A stretch of 64,000 nt of DNA from Eledone cirrhosa (Eukaryota): NCBI GenBank assembly GCA_964016885.1, contig OZ024744.1, forward strand, positions 134,416,001-134,480,000, given 5' to 3'. The notes beneath the pieces are model-generated. The model did not search any database. It was not told where the DNA came from and saw only the letters and a list, made by a program, of their open reading frames with translations. Made by a program: the position numbers and the translations under genes. Positions within the stretch are counted from its first letter, which is position 1; each line of letters starts with the position of its first letter. Below, piece by piece: positions 59,901 to 64,000 of this stretch.

Positions 59901-62016
59901 AGTTAAGTTGGGGTTAAGTTAAGTCGGGGTTAAGTTAAGTTGGGGTTAAGTTAAGTTGGGGTTAAGTTAAGTTGGGGTTAAGTTAAGTTGGGGTCAAGTT
60001 AAGTTGGGGTTAAGTTGGGGTTAAGTTAAGTTAGGTTTAAGTTAAGTTGGGGTTAAGTTAAGTTGGGGTTAAGTTAAGTTGGGGTTAAGTTAAGTTGGGG
60101 TTAAGTTAATTTGTGGTTAAGTTAAGTTGGGGTTAAGTTAAGTTGGGGTTAAGTTAAGTTGGGGTTAAGTTAAGTCGGAGTTAATTTAAGTTGGGGTTAA
60201 GTTAAGTTGGGGTTAATTTAAGTTGGGGTTAAGTTAAGTTGGGGTTAAGTTAAGTTGGGGTTAAATTAAGTTGGGGTTAAGTTAAGTTGGGGTTAAGTCA
60301 AGTTGGGGTTAAGTTAAGTTGGGGATAAGTTAAGTTGGGGATAATTTAAGTTGGGGTTAAGTTAAGTTGGGTTTAAGTTAAGTTGGGGTTAAGTTAAGTT
60401 GGGGTTAAGTTAAGTTGGGGTTAAGTTAAGTTGGGGTTAAGTTAAGTTGGGGCTAAGTTAAGTTGGGGCTGAGTTAAGTTGGGGTTAAGTTAAGTTGGGC
60501 TTAATTTAAGTCGGGGTTAAGTTAAGTTAGGGTTCAGTTAAGTTGGGGTTAAGTTAAGTTGGGGTTGAGTTAAGTTGGGGTTGAGTTAAATTGGGGTTGA
60601 GTTAAGTTGGGGTTGAGTTAAGTTGGTGTTGAGTTAAGTTGGGGTTAAGTTAAGTTGGGGTTAAGTTAAGTTGCAGTTAAGTTAAGTTGAGGCTAAGTTA
60701 AGGTGCGGTTAAGTTAAGTTGGGGTTAAGTTAAGTTGGGGCTAAGTTAAGTTGGGGCTAAGTTAAGTTGGGGCTAAGTTAAGTTGGGGTTAAGTTAAGTT
60801 GGGGTTAAGTTAAGTTGGTGTTAAGTTAAGTTGGGGTTAAGTTAAGTTGGGGTTAAGTTAAGTTGGGGTCAAGTTAAGTTGGGGTTAAGTTGGGGTTAAG
60901 TTAAGTTAGGTTTAAGTTAAGTTGGGGTTAAGTTAAGTTGGGGTTAAGTTAAGTTGGGGTTAAGTTAAGTTGGGGTTAAGTTAATTTGTGGTTAAGTTAA
61001 GTTTGGGTTAAGTTAAGTTGGGGTTAAGTTAAATTGGGGTTAAGTTAAGTCGGAGTTAATTTAAGTTGGGGTTAAGTTAAGTTGGGGTTAATTTAAGTTG
61101 GGGTTAAGTTAAGTTGGGGTTAAGTTAAGTTGGGGTTAAATTAAGTTGGGGTTAAGTTAAGTTGGGGTTAAGTCAAGTTGGGGTTAAGTTAAGTTGGGGA
61201 TAAGTTAAGTTGGGGATAATTTAAGTTGGGGTTAAGTTAAGTTGGGTTTAAGTTAAGTTGGGGTTAAGTTAAGTTGGGGTTAAGTTAAGTTGGGGTTAAG
61301 TTAAGTTGGGGTTAAGTTAAGTTGGGGCTAAGTTAAGTTGGGGCTGAGTTAAGTTGGGGTTAAGTTAAGTTGGGCTTAATTTAAGTCGGGGTTAAGTTAA
61401 GTTAGGGTTCAGTTAAGTTGGGGTTAAGTTAAGTTGGGGTTGAGTTAAGTTGGGGTTGAGTTAAATTGGGGTTGAGTTAAGTTGGGGTTGAGTTAAGTTG
61501 GTGTTGAGTTAAGTTGGGGTTAAGTTAAGTTGGGGTTAAGTTAAGTTGCAGTTAAGTTAAGTTGAGGTTAAGTTAAGGTGCGGTTAAGTTAAGTTGGGGT
61601 TAAGTTAAGTTGGGGCTAAGTTAAGTTGGGGCTAAGTTAAGTTGGGGCTAAGTTAAGTTGGGGTTAAGTTAAGTTGGGGTTAAGTTAAGTCTGGGTTAAG
61701 TTAAGTTGGGGTTAAGTTAAGTTGGGGTTAATTTAAGTTGGGGTTAAGTTAAGTTGGGGTTAAGTTAAGTTGGGGTTAAGTTAAGTTGGGGTTAAGTTAA
61801 GTTGGGTTTAAGTTAAGTTGGGGTTAAGTTAAGTTGGGGTTAAGTTAAGTTGGGGTTAAGTTAAGTTGGTTAGTTAAGTTGAGTTTAAGTTAAGTTGGGG
61901 TTAATTTAAGTTGGGGTTAAGTTATGTTGGGGTTAAGTTAAGTTGGGGTTAAGTTAAGTTGGGGTTAAGTTAAGTTGGGGTTAAGTTAAGTTGGGGTTAA
62001 GTTAAGTTGGGGTTAA

Positions 62017-62187
62017 CCCCAACTTAACTTAACCCCAACGTAACTCAACCCCAACGTAACTCAACCCCAACTTAACTTATCCCCAACTTCACTCAACCCC
62101 AACTTAACTTAACCCCAACTTCACTCAACCCCAACTTCCAACTTGACTTAATCCCAACTTAACTTAGCCCCAACTTAACTTAAGCCC
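62017..62187 (-). repeat. 171-bp inverted block of the satellite, copy 2
   Basis: The strand switches at GGGG-TTAA-CCCC (TTAA 62013-62016). It has the same unit order, the same truncated unit (CCCCAACTTCCAACTTGAC) and the same right junction (AAGCCCTAAGTCGGGG) as copy 1; offset 46,815. Confidence 0.98.
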
Positions 62188-62539
62188 TAAGTCGGGGTTA
62201 AGTTAAGTTGGCGTTAAGTTAAGTTAGGCTTAACTTAAGTTGGGGTTCAGTTAAGTTGGGGGTAAGTTAAGTTGGGGGTAAGTTAAGTTGGGGTTAAGTT
62301 AAGTTGCGGTTAAGTTGGGGTTAAGTTAAGTTAGGGTTAAGTTAAGTTGGGGTTGAGTTAAGTTGGGGTTAATTAAGTGGTGGTTATGTTAAGTTGGGGT
62401 TAAGTTAAGTTGGGGTTAATTTAAATTGGGGTTAAGTTAACTTTGTGGTTAAGTTAAGTTGGGGTTAAGTTAAGTTGGGGTTAAGTTGGGGTTGAGTTAA
62501 GTTGGGGTTGAGTGAAGTTGGGGTTAAGTTAAGTTGGGG
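62017..62539. mobile_element. Putative 523-bp foldback/MITE-like structure (copy 2)
   Basis: Colinear with copy 1 at offset 46,815; TTAA at 62013-62016 and 62540-62543. The second left-arm unit differs (GTAACTCAA instead of TTCACTCAA), which weakens the end match. Confidence 0.25.
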
Positions 62540-64000
62540 TTAAGTTAAGTTGTGGTTGAGTTAAGTTGGGGTTAATTTAAGTTGGGGTTAAGTTAAGTTG
62601 GGGTTAAGTTAAGTTGGGGTTAAGTTAAGATGGGGTTAAGTTAAGTTGGGGTTAAGTTAAGTTGAGGTTAAGTTAAGTTGGGGTTAAGTTAAGTTGGGGT
62701 TAAGTTAAGTTGGGGTTAAGTTAAGTCGGGGTTAAGTTAAGTCGGGGTTAAGTTAAGTTAGGGTTCAGTTAAGTTGGGGTTAAGTTAAGTTGGGGTTGAG
62801 TTAAGTTGGGGTTGAGTTAAATTGGGGTTGAGTTAAGTTGGGGTTGAGTTAAGTTGGTGTTGAGTTAAGTTGGGGTTAAGTTAAGTTGGGGTTAAGTTAA
62901 TTTGTGGTTAAGTTAAGTTGGGGTTAAGTTAAGTTGGGGTTAAGTTAAGTTGGGGTTAAGTTAAGTTGGGGTTAAGTTAAGTTGAGGTTAAGTTAAGTTG
63001 GGGTTAAATTAAGTTGGGGTTAAGTTAAGTTGGGGTTAAGTTAAGTTGGGGTTAAGTTAAGTTGGGGATAAGTTAAGTTGGGGATAATTTAAGTTGGGGT
63101 TAAGTTAAGTTGGGTTTAAGTTAAGTTGGGGTTAAGTTAAGTTGGGGATAAGTTAAGTTGGGGTTAAGTTAAGTTGGGGTTAAGTTAAGTTGGGGTTAAG
63201 TTAAGTTGGGGCTAAGTTAAGTTGGGGCTGAGTTAAGTTGGGGTTAAGTTAAGTTGGGGTTAAGTTAAGTTGGGGTTAATTTAAGTTGGGGTTTATTTAA
63301 GTTGGGGTTACGTTAAGTTGGTGTTAAGTTAAGTTGGGGTTAATTTAAGTTGGGGTTAATTAAGTTGGGGTTAAGTTAAGTTGGGGTTAAGTTAAGTTGG
63401 GGTTAAGTTAAGTTGGGGTTCAGTTAAGTTGGGTATAAGTTAAGTTGGGTATAAGTTAAGTTGGGGTTAAGTTAAGTTGGGGTTAAGTTAAGTTGGTGTT
63501 AAGTTAAGTTGGGGCTAAGTTAAGTTGGGGCTGAGTTAAGTTGGGGCTGAGTTAAGTTGGGGTTAAGTTAAGTTGGGGTCAAGTTAAGTTGGGGTTAAGT
63601 TGGGGTTAAGTTAAGTTAGGTTTAAGTTAAGATGGGGTTAAGTTAAGTTGGGGTTAAGTTAAGTTGGGGTTAAGTTAAGTTGGGGTTAAGTTAAGTTGGG
63701 GTTGAGTTAATTTGTGGTTAAGTTAAGTTGGGGTTAAGTTAAGTCGGGGTTAAGTTAAGTTGGGGTTAAGTTAAGTTGGGGTTAAGTTAAGTTGGGGTTA
63801 AGTTAAGTTGGGGTCAAGTTAAGTTGGGGTTAAGTTGGGGTTAAGTTAAGTTAGGTTTAAGTTAAGTTGGGGTTAAGTTAAGTTGGGGTTAAGTTAAGTT
63901 GGGGTTAAGTTAAGTTGGGGTTAAGTTAATTTGTGGTTAAGTTAAGTTGGGGTTAAGTTAAGTTGGGGTTAAGTTAAGTTGGGGTTAAGTTAAGTCGGAG

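Larger units (their letters stand above)
1..64000 (+). repeat. Tandem satellite array, 16-bp monomer TTAAGTTAAGTTGGGG (about 4,000 copies), running off both window edges
   Basis: The monomer is visible on every line. Consensus composition is 6T/4A/6G/0C. Interruptions are point variants, shortened units (e.g. 11-mer TTAAGTTGGGG, 15-mer TTAATTAAGTTGGGG) and two short inverted blocks. Confidence 0.99.
58880..64000 (+). repeat. 3820-bp-offset duplication (about 58880-60180 recurs at 62700-64000), with a nested 875-bp duplication (about 59950-61690)
   Basis: GTTGAGG 59161/62981 and TCGGAG 60176/63996 have offset 3820. TCGGAG 60176/61051 and GGTGCGG 60706/61581 have offset 875. Confidence 0.8.

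Noticed and set aside
1-64000. Protein-coding repeat ORF on either strand
   Set aside because: The 48-nt cycle translates as LS*VGVKLSWG*VKLG on + and PQLNLTPT*LNPNLT* on -, so every frame has stops. Read-through would need TAA reassignment, and the 11-mer and 15-mer indels plus TGA variants show no frame conservation.
1-64000. CRISPR array
   Set aside because: Monomers are directly adjacent with no unique spacers, no leader and no cas genes.
1-64000. Pure sequencing artefact or enzyme-generated concatemer of a short template
   Set aside because: Specific variants recur in ordered, nested kb-scale patterns with small differences between copies, which random error on one short template would not give. 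Individual duplications could still be misassembled.

Overview
The whole 64 kb is one non-coding tandem satellite of a 16-bp monomer, TTAAGTTAAGTTGGGG = (TTAAG)2 + TTGGGG, about 4,000 copies. The + strand is G-rich and the consensus has no C. I see no genes, RNA genes or CRISPR array; TAA stops occur in all six frames. The information is in the variant monomers. (1) Nested higher-order duplications have periods of 235, 352, 555, 875, 1136, ~1415, 2247, 2400, ~3350, 3820, ~5700, ~7570 and 16,593 bp. (2) The layout is layered: both flanks share diagnostic variants that I do not see in the central ~39 kb. (3) Two copies of a 171-bp strand-inverted block lie 46,815 bp apart. The block is the left part of a 523-bp TTAA|CCCC...GGGG|TTAA structure with ~60-bp inverted ends built from the satellite monomer, which resembles a foldback or piggyBac-type non-autonomous element. 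The organism and chromosomal position cannot be determined from the sequence; a eukaryotic telomere-like or heterochromatic satellite is an inference. All coordinates and periods were read by eye and should be confirmed computationally.
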